From: Giardia intestinalis
Lineage: Eukaryota
Length of the DNA stretch: 64,000 bases
Strand: one strand, 5' to 3'
Assembly: GCA_000002435.2 (NCBI GenBank)
Contig: CM018789.1
Shown: piece by piece, positions 28,901-38,515 of the stretch
Layout: each line of letters begins with the position of its first letter
Numbering within the stretch: position 1 is the stretch's first letter
Position numbers and translations under genes: made by a program
The notes under the pieces: generated by a model
What the model saw: only the letters and a program-made list of their open reading frames with translations
What the model was told of the DNA's origin: nothing
The model's database searches: none

Positions 28901-31900
28901 CAGTTGTCATTGGACAATATTCGCGAGTTACACAACCAAGAGCAGCAATTTCTAAAGAAGTTAGAGAAGGGCGACTGCGGTACAGTTACGTTCGGGCTCG
29001 AGTGCACCGCAATTGCTCTCTCTTCAGACACGAATGTTTATGGTGTGGCTATGACGGATGGACGCGTGACACTTTATGAACGGGTAACAGATAAGGTTCT
29101 CATGAAAATTCGGTACACGAGTGCATATCACGATCAGAAGCAGCTCCACATGGAGCAGTACTTTGATGCCATCGGAGTTAAAATGGAGCCCCAGCTTGAT
29201 AGAGTCGTCAGTAGTGACTCTTTATGTTCAGGAGTTGACTGGTCCGGATCCAAAGCCTCCAAGGGCATGCGGGTGCGTCAACTAGCGGCGGCAGCTAAGG
29301 ACGACTTCCATAAAGAGGCCTGTGAAGGGGCGTCTTCTGCGGAGGCTAACTTGTATGATGATGAGCCATGCACCAATCTGTTTTTCTCTGAACACCTCAC
29401 CCCTCTCTGTGTCCATCACCACGGACTCGGAGCAATGAACTCAAACGCCAAGAGTATGGCGAATGAGGCACAGCTTTCTCTGAAGAGTATGGAAGAAGGA
29501 TCTAGCACGCAACAGGTAGTGGCAAGTGCCACGATAGCCACGCAGGAATCGACCTTTACACCAATGATAGTCTGGCTTTTCTTCAAACAATCTGCACGTG
29601 TATACACATACAGGATTGCAAAGGACCAACCATACCTCCTAGGACGGCTTAAGCTGAGATCGTCATGGACAGACATCACGCCGTGTCACGACCTCAATGT
29701 GGTACACATCTACATGAACACAGAAGTCTATACTCTGAATGCAGATAGTGTAATGCTTGCCAAAGCAGAAGTTTCATTGGTGGATGCCAAGCAAACAACT
29801 CTAGATGCAGCAAGAGCAGCTGCAGCAGCATTTAAATTGGAGATAAAGTTTATTCTCACACCGGGAGAGCGCTTCCAATTGTGGATCCTCTCCTGCGGTC
29901 TTATCTTTGTTGTTCACATTAAGACGGGGTTCCTTCTAGCGGCTCTATCTATCCCCAACTTAATATATTGTGCATACGCCTCTTGTATGGAGGAATTCAA
30001 CAGCCTGGTCGTTCTTGATCATCTGGGACAGCTTCATTTCTACGACATAAGTGAGATAATCAGCCTTGTGACAAAGTTTGAAAAGGTCTTCATGCTTACG
30101 ATGCCCAAGGGCTCTAGCTATGCTAACTTTGCATCGGCCGTCCACTTTATTAATACGTTGAGCACCCAAAGAACCGGGGAGGGACTCTATGCGCCGTCTG
30201 ATGACCTGGAGTTTATGACAAAGGCGAGCGAGAACCTTAAAAGAAGCTACCCCGTCACCTCTGATATGCTGTCGATAGAGTCTCCGGCTCCAATTCAGGT
30301 GCAGGTGAGCACCAACTTTTTAACAAAGCGACACTACTTCACAGTCTTCGATGTCATGCCTAGGGATAGACACATATTTTCCAGCACGGTTGAACCAATT
30401 ATCTGGGAGATTGTGGACCTGTGCAACAACAACCTGAACATGAAGCAGATAAACACCAATCTGAAAACCCGCTCCCTACTCCCAGAGGAAAAGGCTTGGT
30501 ATTCCGGCCATCCTGTCATAGTCTGCCCGAAGCTATTGAACACTATTTCTACGGTACCGTTTCTGATTGATTTAGATAAGGGAAACATAGATGATAAACT
30601 GGACTCCGATACTACCAAGTCAACGAAAGTGCTGACTCAGTTGTCTAACTTCGGCATAATATCCATACAAGCTATTCGTGTGATCGGGCTTTATCTCTGC
30701 GTGTGTACCACAGGCTATATTCTGGCCTTCGATGCCCGTGAGGCGTGTTACTTGTGCACCCTGGTTCACCGAGGCTGGCCGCAGAAAATCAAAAAGTATC
30801 TAAGATACAATCTCACTACCGCTACACCGAACAGAATACAGCGCCAGTTATTAAATAGATTCATTTCCGAAGAGAAAAAATCCGTGTACTTGCATGCTTA
30901 TGTTTCCGACCAAATAAAGGAGCAGCTCAAGCAGATGGAGCTCGAGAGCCTCAACGCATCAGTATCTAGTTCCACAATGGTTGGCGGACTGTCTTCCATA
31001 ACGCTGAAGACCCCCCAGGGGTCAAGGCTCAATAAGGTGCAGACACTGTTTCCCACACCGATGCTCGGGGAGGTACAGACTCCGTTGGAGGAGACGTGCA
31101 GCGACGAGAGAGACCAATTGAATACGACACGTTCAGTGGCCAATTCAAAGAGGAATCTGACCATTATCACACGAAACAAAGATGGAACCCTGTTGACATC
31201 AGCACCTACAGCCTTTACACCCTATAGTTTTGGGAAGCTAATTGGTGCATCTGCCCCGATCAATGATGTCAGATTGCTGACACGCCCTGATGCCCCCTTT
31301 CAGCCCAAGGACCTCGGAGTCGGAAAATTCTTGATTCAATCCTGCATATCGGACATCAAGAACACGGCATTCAAGCAACTGAGCCCATCGGAGCGGGCAT
31401 CAATGGCGAAAGGATACACTAAAAGCATGAACAGGACAAAGAGCGCTATGACCCATCTAGTGGCTCTAGACACATCCCTGAAGGAGCTGTACAAAAATAA
31501 GACTGGGGCCAGCCCGATGCGCGTTCCACTTTCATCTTTAGATGGAACTGCGGGGAAGACCTCCAGCATCTTGGGAGCATCATTGAAGGAGAAGAATGTG
31601 GACTTAACGAGAAGCATGTTGGACATACCCGATCAGGACACTCAACAGGAAGAAGGAATGCAGGAGTCTGAGGTAAATAAGATCCTTGGAAGGGCGTCCG
31701 GAACAATAAAATCTCTAGATAGTACCGGGACGCGGCTTGACCTCACCGCGATAGTCTCTCGAAGAACATCCTCTATTTTCAACAGAGAAAATTCTCCTGT
31801 GCGGAAACTGCGTGCAAGTACAGTCGGAGCAACAGAGCAGCTGACCCCGCGGGTTCCTGAAAATATAGTTGAATCAGAAACCAATATGCAGGAGTCTACT

Positions 31901-32035
31901 GCCGTGCCACCAAGTGCGATATCTGAAACCTATGATATCCTTAGCATGCAGAAGCAAGATATAGCCATGTGCTACAAGAAGAAAATGACAACCATTAACG
32001 GGGGGTACGTGAATTACAACGCCATTAAAAAGTAG
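25988..32035 (+). CDS. large hypothetical protein (2015 aa) containing WD40-like repeats
   Basis: Long ORF with ATG confirmed. WD-like blades (ILASGGADGLINVYD, LAACSHDRKLTLWS, SVDATGKVAVYDV, SDGSLQFWDM). Remainder low complexity. Confidence 0.6.
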   Translation: MAIPLGLLSPLEQSWLRFLHTVHLSDPTYSFQKIFTHLPSRHLISLQSKFDNAPGGCLSCSEFVSAIASSREIFASINERGTTGLKRLARVLNSYISIYNDDVHGGNKFLARLRALILIFNHIDITRVNKLSWADFSNFLSSFVTPALAISNSHVATIYNTSIYSKYLLSTKILEPIYSVSYSSEADAFLACCRDNNVHILDSSTFLRQAILQEHKALPVVATSFKPAIEGFNHAKNRSQPGNGRRVIGGFNYITSGADRKIIIWNGIAHTPVSILPTENIHTALATIDELHYRKSSLSPAIFSGDDHGNVHFWKLTEQHIPQQASPTRTYKKFNSEEPTNVSLIRDMYFAKRSKDPSQQVQPKGHLRTSSKQPRPSDFFLKSDAQADETKRTTDTLVAGIDTSAINDELEDDSHGTAVQFYNSMTSARRKPNSSVLKEDAENLILFYDMKNFSGHVPFAEGYNLSFFLEDSDDWKKASGEYQQDTYKYDAVLTRLFNDTFEASNIAAPTPEFTELAKRMATAIQAKDPPDSAANNGLFSAASNMNEQKLTLAESNVYTHNQRQTDSSTSSQDSDESTGFSDDSDDDSIKQVQRNKALIQKHMATNRRRQKYIQNSFKSMGTQELAPIPIWTIKAHKDWVTCLCLDTVTSNNSTILASGGADGLINVYDINRGVANSNLHFHKDSITGLAWLHRRGLLAACSHDRKLTLWSLGTSNTKPVSVISTSDAPYVGVFSHKLKSEIVSVDATGKVAVYDVRRMEPIHTIGNNMAKTGRIVSAAYNGYTGLISTVGRTINYVVPVNEDDTHRCSLSPINVWCCSPTAPIVLFVSDGSLQFWDMLYGKLLRSVSHVFTPSLYFRSKEIERNTREMLDLPHLDVEETRSAMKTSAASYNLFNFLPPIGKDDVGKSGSSRGAHKQSFSYNSNYDKLKKTKEGALGYIDSRLNNSDEAQMYQKNVSNLFNTDFFGEINLKQLSLDNIRELHNQEQQFLKKLEKGDCGTVTFGLECTAIALSSDTNVYGVAMTDGRVTLYERVTDKVLMKIRYTSAYHDQKQLHMEQYFDAIGVKMEPQLDRVVSSDSLCSGVDWSGSKASKGMRVRQLAAAAKDDFHKEACEGASSAEANLYDDEPCTNLFFSEHLTPLCVHHHGLGAMNSNAKSMANEAQLSLKSMEEGSSTQQVVASATIATQESTFTPMIVWLFFKQSARVYTYRIAKDQPYLLGRLKLRSSWTDITPCHDLNVVHIYMNTEVYTLNADSVMLAKAEVSLVDAKQTTLDAARAAAAAFKLEIKFILTPGERFQLWILSCGLIFVVHIKTGFLLAALSIPNLIYCAYASCMEEFNSLVVLDHLGQLHFYDISEIISLVTKFEKVFMLTMPKGSSYANFASAVHFINTLSTQRTGEGLYAPSDDLEFMTKASENLKRSYPVTSDMLSIESPAPIQVQVSTNFLTKRHYFTVFDVMPRDRHIFSSTVEPIIWEIVDLCNNNLNMKQINTNLKTRSLLPEEKAWYSGHPVIVCPKLLNTISTVPFLIDLDKGNIDDKLDSDTTKSTKVLTQLSNFGIISIQAIRVIGLYLCVCTTGYILAFDAREACYLCTLVHRGWPQKIKKYLRYNLTTATPNRIQRQLLNRFISEEKKSVYLHAYVSDQIKEQLKQMELESLNASVSSSTMVGGLSSITLKTPQGSRLNKVQTLFPTPMLGEVQTPLEETCSDERDQLNTTRSVANSKRNLTIITRNKDGTLLTSAPTAFTPYSFGKLIGASAPINDVRLLTRPDAPFQPKDLGVGKFLIQSCISDIKNTAFKQLSPSERASMAKGYTKSMNRTKSAMTHLVALDTSLKELYKNKTGASPMRVPLSSLDGTAGKTSSILGASLKEKNVDLTRSMLDIPDQDTQQEEGMQESEVNKILGRASGTIKSLDSTGTRLDLTAIVSRRTSSIFNRENSPVRKLRASTVGATEQLTPRVPENIVESETNMQESTAVPPSAISETYDILSMQKQDIAMCYKKKMTTINGGYVNYNAIKK

Positions 32036-32089
32036 TCGCTGTTAAGTCCCCTCTGTATGCTATGGGTGACTAATGTGTCCGTTGCCTGA

Positions 32090-32288
32090 TGCATCTCAAC
32101 ACGTCATATGGTGCCATTCAAAAAACGCCCCGCAAATTAAAAATGATTGCCGGCCTCCTCCTCGTCGCCTCTGCCTTCGGCGCCGTCCTGGACGTCACCT
32201 CGAGCTTCAAGGCCGAGCTCGCGAAGGGCAAGCCGATGATGGTCAAGTTCTTCGCGCCCTGGTGCGGCCACTGCAAGGCCCTCGCCCC
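32090..32288. repeat. 199-bp segment 100% identical (inverted) to 2809..3007; covers 5' flank plus the N-terminal 48 codons of the PDI-like paralog B
   Basis: Same by-hand comparison as for 2809..3007. Weaker homology continues through the rest of both genes. Confidence 0.85.
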
Positions 32289-32493
32289 CACCTACGTGGA
32301 GCTTGGGGACAATGCCCCCGAGGGCGTGGTCATCGCCGAGGTCGACTGCACTGTTGCCCGTGAGGTCTGCCAGGAGGAGGGTGTCCGTGGATACCCGACT
32401 CTACGCTTCTACAAAAATGGCGAGTTCCTCGAGGCTTACTCCGGTGCCCGCGACCTTGAGAGCCTTAAGGCTTTTGTGACTTCTAAGAAGTAA
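32143..32493 (+). CDS. single-domain thioredoxin/PDI-like secreted protein (CGHC), paralog B
   Basis: N-terminal 48 aa identical to paralog A (signal peptide plus FFAPWCGHCKALAP). C-terminal half about 55% identical. ATG at 32143 ('caaattaaaaATG'); an extra in-frame ATG exists at 32089. Confidence 0.8.
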   Translation: MIAGLLLVASAFGAVLDVTSSFKAELAKGKPMMVKFFAPWCGHCKALAPTYVELGDNAPEGVVIAEVDCTVAREVCQEEGVRGYPTLRFYKNGEFLEAYSGARDLESLKAFVTSKK

Positions 32494-32515
32494 ACCTCTG
32501 TTTTTAGACTTCTGC

Positions 32516-33850
32516 ATGTTGTTGGGAGTTCTCTCTGCCTGTGCTCTCGCGTTCCAGCTGCGGGCCGAATGTCATGCGTTCCACTTCTCACAAGGAGTGA
32601 GGATCTCTGTCTTGCGTCAAGAGCCTCAAGACGTCTCCAAAATCGAACTCCAGTGCATAGTTGTAACAAGGCCTTTAGGCTGTGACTGCCTGATCACTTA
32701 CGTTGGAGACGCGGGGAAGGAGTCTATCTGGCTCCTAACGCTAGATCCAGTCAAACAGTGCAACGCAACTTCAGAACTCATTGTTAGTGCTGTATACAAA
32801 CAGACACATGGGGTCTCCAGTCGCGAAGTCCGCTTGCAAATGACGAATGACACCGTTCCAGGTTATTGTGGCATGTACCTGGACTGGATGAGACCCAATT
32901 TGACGTTCTTCACTCCATCTCACTCAATGCGAATTCACCTGGACTCTCGGCCCCATAAGTTGACAGCTCTAAATGTTGCTCGGACTCGACCCTCTGTTCT
33001 TTGTCCGGGGAACACCCTCCTGCAATTCCACGACCGCGTCAGAGATAGTACGCAAAGGTCGCATGCCGCTCTTGTGCAAGAAATTGAAACAGTTGTCCGG
33101 CGAGTCGGAGAGTTGGCGTGCCCAGATGCAAAGCGCATTCTTCTGGCAACCACAAACGAATATATGTCTATCAGAGCTGCCACCCTCAACGCCTTTGCGC
33201 GACTTGTCTGCCAGGGCCTTTCGGTTAAGCATCGGCAGAACTCCAGCGTCCTGCTTGTGTCTCTACCTTTAAAGGCCTCTTCTATAAAGGGTCTGACGAG
33301 CATGCTTGTGCACCTTCTCGTGAACCTGCTCCACAAGTTATCACTCCATGGTGAATCTGGAGCCGATCGCATATCGGAGGCGCTATTTGGCCTCGCTATT
33401 CCAGAGCTAAAGACTCTAGTTGAGCAGCGTGGTGCCACATGCTTTCTTCACGGGATCCGGACGCTCCGTGAATACACTTATCTTGAGCCGGACCTGAGTG
33501 GTTTCATGCACTGTCTTCTTCAACCAGACTTTGTACCGTCTGTAGAGCTTGTAGCGGACAAGCGCGGAGTAGATCTGGTTGGAGCTATCAATCTCCTACG
33601 CAAGAGACAGACCATTGTCTGCCTTTCTCCCAAAGATCTTGACATTGCATCATCACGAGTGCTCGGCTATTTCTGGAGATGGGGACGCCCTACCTACTTC
33701 TTCGCTTGCCTTTGCATGCTTGTCCTGGCCATTGCTGTCTATCTTGTCCGCCTCAAATGGCCAGTTATCAAACACCTAACCTTTGCTAGGCGCACCCGCG
33801 TTAAGCTGGAGAAGGTTTCTATGTACACTAAAGTTCATGAGATGGTATAG
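32516..33850 (+). CDS. hypothetical type I membrane protein (N-terminal signal peptide, C-terminal TM anchor)
   Basis: MLLGVLSACALAFQL signal-like N-terminus. C-terminal YFFACLCMLVLAIAVYLV hydrophobic helix followed by a short basic tail. ATG confirmed. Confidence 0.5.
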   Translation: MLLGVLSACALAFQLRAECHAFHFSQGVRISVLRQEPQDVSKIELQCIVVTRPLGCDCLITYVGDAGKESIWLLTLDPVKQCNATSELIVSAVYKQTHGVSSREVRLQMTNDTVPGYCGMYLDWMRPNLTFFTPSHSMRIHLDSRPHKLTALNVARTRPSVLCPGNTLLQFHDRVRDSTQRSHAALVQEIETVVRRVGELACPDAKRILLATTNEYMSIRAATLNAFARLVCQGLSVKHRQNSSVLLVSLPLKASSIKGLTSMLVHLLVNLLHKLSLHGESGADRISEALFGLAIPELKTLVEQRGATCFLHGIRTLREYTYLEPDLSGFMHCLLQPDFVPSVELVADKRGVDLVGAINLLRKRQTIVCLSPKDLDIASSRVLGYFWRWGRPTYFFACLCMLVLAIAVYLVRLKWPVIKHLTFARRTRVKLEKVSMYTKVHEMV

Positions 33851-33856
33851 AAATAT

Positions 33857-35917
33857 TCACTGAACGGTTTCTCGAGTCCACTGACCATTGTCATATCTGT
33901 AGCCTTGCTGCTGAAGGCCTGCAGCAGCCAATTGCCGTATTCTATTGTTATCTATATTGGTAACTAGCCATATCAATGCCTGTGAAGGTCGATTAGCAAA
34001 CCATTTAGTTTCTGCTAAGTCATGATCAGAGGAGAGAGCACAGGGGGCATTTACGAATCTCCTGACGGAATACACCTGCGGGTATACTGATTCTCCCCCG
34101 GAAACGCTCTTTGCCGCAGAGTCTTGAACTGCTGGTCCTTCCCCAGTGCCGGAAGCAACATGGAATCCATCCTCTGCAGTGAAATGTGCAGGATCTGAAC
34201 CACCAGCATCTAGATCAAATGAGGATGTGCTTCCAGTGTCATTGTTATCTGATAGAGAAGGCGTTTGATGGTCCTGCCTTTTAGCGCGACCCTTTGTTCG
34301 AAGCTCTGTCATAGCCTTCCTCACATTCGTCAATCTTGTCAGTTGCTGCTTACTCATCATACTAGTTCCAGGATTATATGTATAGTAGGGCTTGGTCTTT
34401 CCTCGCTCTGAGTTAAAGGTGCCCATGGTGATCCATATTTTGCTGATGGGACGCTCTGAGTATTTAAATTCAAGCATTATGTTGTGCGCAGCAACGTCAT
34501 TCAAAGCTTGGTGCTCATTACTAGTCTGCGTCGACAGCAATGATATGGAGCGGGGCAGGTCTGGAACTACATCCTTAAAAGCATGAGGCTTTGTGCAGAG
34601 CATCAGGGACTTTGGGAGCTTTAGAGAGTATAGAGCCATGGCTGCTGGCGTTACAGCTGGGACGTAGATTAGTGTGTTTTCCTTGAGCGGAGACGGACGT
34701 AGATAGGATAACTGGGAGGCCATCTGGAACACAGGCCGGACAACCCTAGTGCTATTTGTCTGCTCTACACCCTTTATAGGGGGTAGCCCCTGCTGCTGTG
34801 TCTGTGTTTGTGAGACTTTGGATCCATCGACATGCTCTGAATTAATTATGTCAAAGGACGACTTACCTTGCTTAGTAGTTTTATTCGCCTGTCTAGGTGC
34901 CATTGTTTGTCTTGTATTCGTGGTTTGACCCTCTGTTCTGTCGTTTGATGAAAGGTCTCTCATGGGGACATAGGCCTCGGCATCGCCCTCAGCAGCCACT
35001 CTAGAAGCGTCGGAAAACGTGATTTCGTCAAGGTCGTCCTGATCAGGGTTCGGTGATATGCTCCTTGTCCCTTTGTCATTGCCGCTTTGGACCTCTTTGA
35101 CAATCTTATTTCCAGACCTTGGGGATTTTGCCGAAGAGGGGGTCCAATTTGTGTATTCCGCAGCAGGCTCTTCAAATGATTCTATCGAACCGCACATCCT
35201 ATTTGTACGGATGAGATCCATAATATCATCGTAAATAACGGTTGTGATGTCAATGTCCGCACCCCCCTTGCAGGCTCGTATGACCTCATCGAGTGACTTC
35301 TTTAAGTATAGCTCAATATCAGCATGTGTTACATATCCTTCTTCGTATGCAGCTATAATGTCCTCTAACTGCTCTTTGTGTTCCTCTAGTTTTACGATAA
35401 GCTTATCAGCGGCGTTAACCTTAGTTATTTTCATATTTTTCTTTGTCGAACCCTGGAGCTGTACTCCATCTAGCTGCGAGCGTAAGTCCTCTAGCCGATT
35501 GTTCAGCTCTGTAAGGCAAAGGTCCAGCCATGCTTGAGTAGAGGCCCGTGGTCCTGCCCGCTTTTCGTTTTCATCATTTAACGCTACGTTGGAAAACTGC
35601 TTAGTCTTTGATTCGCGTTCGAGAATGTAATGCCTACGCATATCCGCTTCGATAGCATCTGTGCATCTTTTCAGCTTGTTACGTGTTGTTGCAACCTCAG
35701 GGAGGTCCATTAGCGTCTGTATTTGTTTGCGCAGACGTTTCAATTTGTCCAAATCTGCACGAAGAAGATTTTCGGTCTTTTCTCTGTTGGCCGGAGTTCC
35801 GTTCTCAAGCTTATCCCAGTGTTGTTGGAACGATGTCCGAAGCTCGTCAACCTTTGAGAGAACCTGCTCTATCTCCACCTGCAATTGCTGCTTGTGCTTC
35901 CCTTTGGTAGAAGACAT
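33857..35917 (-). CDS. CCR4-NOT complex subunit Not3/Not5-like
   Basis: N-terminus (KQQLQVEIEQVLSKV...DKLKRLRKQIQTL...ERESKTKQFS) matches the Not3/5 N-terminal coiled-coil domain. C-terminal QLAAAGLQQQGYRYDNGQW resembles the NOT-box. ATG confirmed. Confidence 0.6.
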   Translation of the reverse strand: MSSTKGKHKQQLQVEIEQVLSKVDELRTSFQQHWDKLENGTPANREKTENLLRADLDKLKRLRKQIQTLMDLPEVATTRNKLKRCTDAIEADMRRHYILERESKTKQFSNVALNDENEKRAGPRASTQAWLDLCLTELNNRLEDLRSQLDGVQLQGSTKKNMKITKVNAADKLIVKLEEHKEQLEDIIAAYEEGYVTHADIELYLKKSLDEVIRACKGGADIDITTVIYDDIMDLIRTNRMCGSIESFEEPAAEYTNWTPSSAKSPRSGNKIVKEVQSGNDKGTRSISPNPDQDDLDEITFSDASRVAAEGDAEAYVPMRDLSSNDRTEGQTTNTRQTMAPRQANKTTKQGKSSFDIINSEHVDGSKVSQTQTQQQGLPPIKGVEQTNSTRVVRPVFQMASQLSYLRPSPLKENTLIYVPAVTPAAMALYSLKLPKSLMLCTKPHAFKDVVPDLPRSISLLSTQTSNEHQALNDVAAHNIMLEFKYSERPISKIWITMGTFNSERGKTKPYYTYNPGTSMMSKQQLTRLTNVRKAMTELRTKGRAKRQDHQTPSLSDNNDTGSTSSFDLDAGGSDPAHFTAEDGFHVASGTGEGPAVQDSAAKSVSGGESVYPQVYSVRRFVNAPCALSSDHDLAETKWFANRPSQALIWLVTNIDNNRIRQLAAAGLQQQGYRYDNGQWTRETVQ

Positions 35918-36077
35918 CTGGGTGGATCACTTCTACGCGAGAGTTGTGTGTAAAGATCTTGCAAAAGTGGAAGCTCGTGCAATTGCACTTATAATGGCAA
36001 GTTATGCTTCTTTTATATTGAGATTAATTCATTTTAATTTGAATTTCGTCACTGCTTTTTGCCCGCTCCCGAGAGCC

Positions 36078-36698
36078 ATGGGTCGCAACGTCGCTTTCTC
36101 GAACATGCGTCGCTACAAGTGCACCAACAAGGGCCCGAACCTGATAAAGAACTGGTTCAACCAGCCCGCCCGTAAGATTCGCCGCCGCCAGACCCGTCTT
36201 CAGAAGGCAAAGGCCATATTCCCTTGCCCGCTCCAGAAACTCCGCCCGTCTGTCACGCGCTGCAGCCAAAAGTTCAACCTCACACAGAGGATTGGGCGCG
36301 GCTTCACCCTTAGGGAACTCCAAGGCGTGGGCCTAAGTGCAGGCAAGGCCCGTCAGATTGGCATTGCCGTCGACCCTCGTCGCAAGAACAAATCAGAGGA
36401 GAGCGTAGCTCGTAATGTGGCTCGCCTGAAGGAGTACCTGTCCAAGGTGACCATCTTCAGCAAGCAGGCCAAGCCCGAAGAGATCCAGCAGGCCATCCAA
36501 CACCAGGGCGTCGTTATGCCTGTCGTCAATCCGAAACCTGTCATCACCACCGGTTCCATCGCAGAGGCGAAGAAGGAGGTACCCGAGAATCTATTCATGT
36601 ATCTTAGAAATGCCCGAACGGCCCGCAATCGTGCGCGCCTGGCGAAGCGTGACGCGGAGAGAGAGGCCGCTGCAAAGACCAAGGGCGGAAAGAAGTGA
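36078..36698 (+). CDS. RPL13: 60S ribosomal protein eL13 (L13e)
   Basis: WFNQPARKIRRRQTR..., GRGFTLRELQ..., IGIAVDPRRKNKSEES..., LKEY-SK are eL13 hallmarks. The longer track ORF from 35661 is an artefact; the ATG is at 36078. Confidence 0.9.
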   Translation: MGRNVAFSNMRRYKCTNKGPNLIKNWFNQPARKIRRRQTRLQKAKAIFPCPLQKLRPSVTRCSQKFNLTQRIGRGFTLRELQGVGLSAGKARQIGIAVDPRRKNKSEESVARNVARLKEYLSKVTIFSKQAKPEEIQQAIQHQGVVMPVVNPKPVITTGSIAEAKKEVPENLFMYLRNARTARNRARLAKRDAEREAAAKTKGGKK

Positions 36699-36751
36699 AC
36701 GACCTCTTGTGGCATTTACTGATGTTGGCTCTCCCCTCGAGAGAAGAGAGC

Positions 36752-38491
36752 CTAGGGCTCGAGGCCCAGTCGCTCCCCTAGACATGAGAGGAGATTCTTA
36801 ACAAACCGCAATATAATCTTGGGCGTATGCACCTCCGTGCGCAGAAGCTCCCGAAACGATCTCTGTAGCGTGAGTTCGCGCTCAGGGCCGATCTCTGCAG
36901 GAGGGTCTGAAGACAGGGTGATAATAAGCTCCTTGACTAGAAGTTGCAGATTTTCATCCGTCTGCGTCTTTTCTTGATTGAACTTCTCACAGAAAAGAGT
37001 CATCACGGGTGGAAGAATCATGCCCAGCCCTTCCAGTAGGGTCACAAAGGAGGTTTCGTCGATCATAAAGGCTGTGTTGAAACTTGACGGGTAAATTTCC
37101 TCGTGCGGGATCATCCGTCGACGAAATCCGCTTTGGCTAACACTGCTTAAACGGTCATCGTCATCATCTGCACCATAGAAGCCTGAAGCCCGCGACCGTG
37201 TCATGGTTGAGTTTCTCTTCAAACGGGATTCAGTCAAGGCAGTTGAATCGGGGATTCGCATAACAGATGAGGCATTCGCGACAGACATGGGAGTCACGGA
37301 CTTGGAAAGCATCGGTGACTCTGTTGCCAGTTTCGTCAATAGAGGGTTGCTATCAGTGAGGGCTCCAAATGGCTTGTTTGGTGCCAAAATAGCCTCTTCA
37401 TCTTTCGTCTTCAGATCAACGACAGGACAATCTGCTGTGCCCTCAACTCCCGGGTCTGCGTTAGCATTTCTCTCGTTCTGAAGGAAGGAGTCATTGTTGT
37501 GCGTACTCAGACGTCCTGGGAGGCTGTCATCGTTCCGAAGAACCGATTCATCCTGGATTTGAGTCCATGCCTCTCCACGATTAGTACAGTCGACAATAAA
37601 CAGAAGAAACTCCCTGCTGTATACAGTGCTATCCATTCCTGCGCTAAGAAACTGATTGTGCCTATCGACGAGAGTGGAAATGAAGGACTGCGTCCTTATC
37701 TCACAGTTCAGTATTCTTGATGCTACTTGTATCAATGGCTTTGCCTGCAGCTGGGTGTGGGAGGCTAACACTATCTGCTCTTTGAGCTCATGCTGTAGGA
37801 TAGTAAAGAATCCCAGAACGTGAGAGGGGGTAAGGGTGGACAGGAGTAGCATAAGGAAGGCAGATACGAAAACAGAGTTTAGCCTGTACTTATTGAGATT
37901 GATAATAATCACCCAAATAAGACTGGCCATGTTCGGACCTGTCGAATTTGCTGGAAGAGACCGCTTGTAAATAGCCAAGGAGCGGCTGTGCAGGATAAAG
38001 TAAGTAAAGTTGTAGTAACTCTTGTTGGAGCTTGAGATCCTGCCCCTGCCCGATCCGTGGCCTTGGAGCAGGGGAGAACCATCACGCAAGAAGCTAGGCT
38101 GCTCCAGGTTGTGAGAGGACCCAACGAATTCGTAATAGTGCTCCTCGTACACATGTGTCATGAACCGTAATAGAGAGGTTATGTCAAGAGTTATATTTGT
38201 TTGGGCGATGCTGGGCTTGCAGCCAAGCACTGGCACCAAGGGGCCAAACTCCGCCATGATGGCCTTCATAGAGCCCTTTTCAGATGCGCTGCCCGGGGCT
38301 CCAACAGAATTGCTCCTCGCTGCACTCTGATTACTTTGTGACCGTACTTGGGGAGGAGAGACAATTGTGGCTATATACGTATTCGACTTGGGATTGTACG
38401 AGAACTTGGTGTCATTCTCGAGGAAGTATTGGTAGAAGACTTCCTTTTGCTGTGGAGAAAGAGCACTGAAAACGGCGACCTTGGGTGGCAT
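36752..38491 (-). CDS. hypothetical protein (579 aa)
   Basis: ATG confirmed. No domain confidently recognised. Confidence 0.5.
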   Translation of the reverse strand: MPPKVAVFSALSPQQKEVFYQYFLENDTKFSYNPKSNTYIATIVSPPQVRSQSNQSAARSNSVGAPGSASEKGSMKAIMAEFGPLVPVLGCKPSIAQTNITLDITSLLRFMTHVYEEHYYEFVGSSHNLEQPSFLRDGSPLLQGHGSGRGRISSSNKSYYNFTYFILHSRSLAIYKRSLPANSTGPNMASLIWVIIINLNKYRLNSVFVSAFLMLLLSTLTPSHVLGFFTILQHELKEQIVLASHTQLQAKPLIQVASRILNCEIRTQSFISTLVDRHNQFLSAGMDSTVYSREFLLFIVDCTNRGEAWTQIQDESVLRNDDSLPGRLSTHNNDSFLQNERNANADPGVEGTADCPVVDLKTKDEEAILAPNKPFGALTDSNPLLTKLATESPMLSKSVTPMSVANASSVMRIPDSTALTESRLKRNSTMTRSRASGFYGADDDDDRLSSVSQSGFRRRMIPHEEIYPSSFNTAFMIDETSFVTLLEGLGMILPPVMTLFCEKFNQEKTQTDENLQLLVKELIITLSSDPPAEIGPERELTLQRSFRELLRTEVHTPKIILRFVKNLLSCLGERLGLEP

Positions 38492-38515
38492 TTTTTGTTC
38501 TGATAAGTGATTTAC

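Noticed and set aside
25254..33850. Idea that the PDI-like genes, KDEL receptor, cathepsin homologue, SRP72 and VSP form a functional 'secretory island'
   Set aside because: The genes are interspersed with unrelated housekeeping genes on both strands over 60 kb, and eukaryotic genomes lack operons. Co-occurrence is most likely coincidental.
35661..36077. Track ORF 35661..36698 (345 aa) extending the eL13 gene upstream
   Set aside because: The upstream 139 codons are Cys-rich junk overlapping the Not3-like gene on the other strand. eL13 homology begins exactly at the ATG at 36078.
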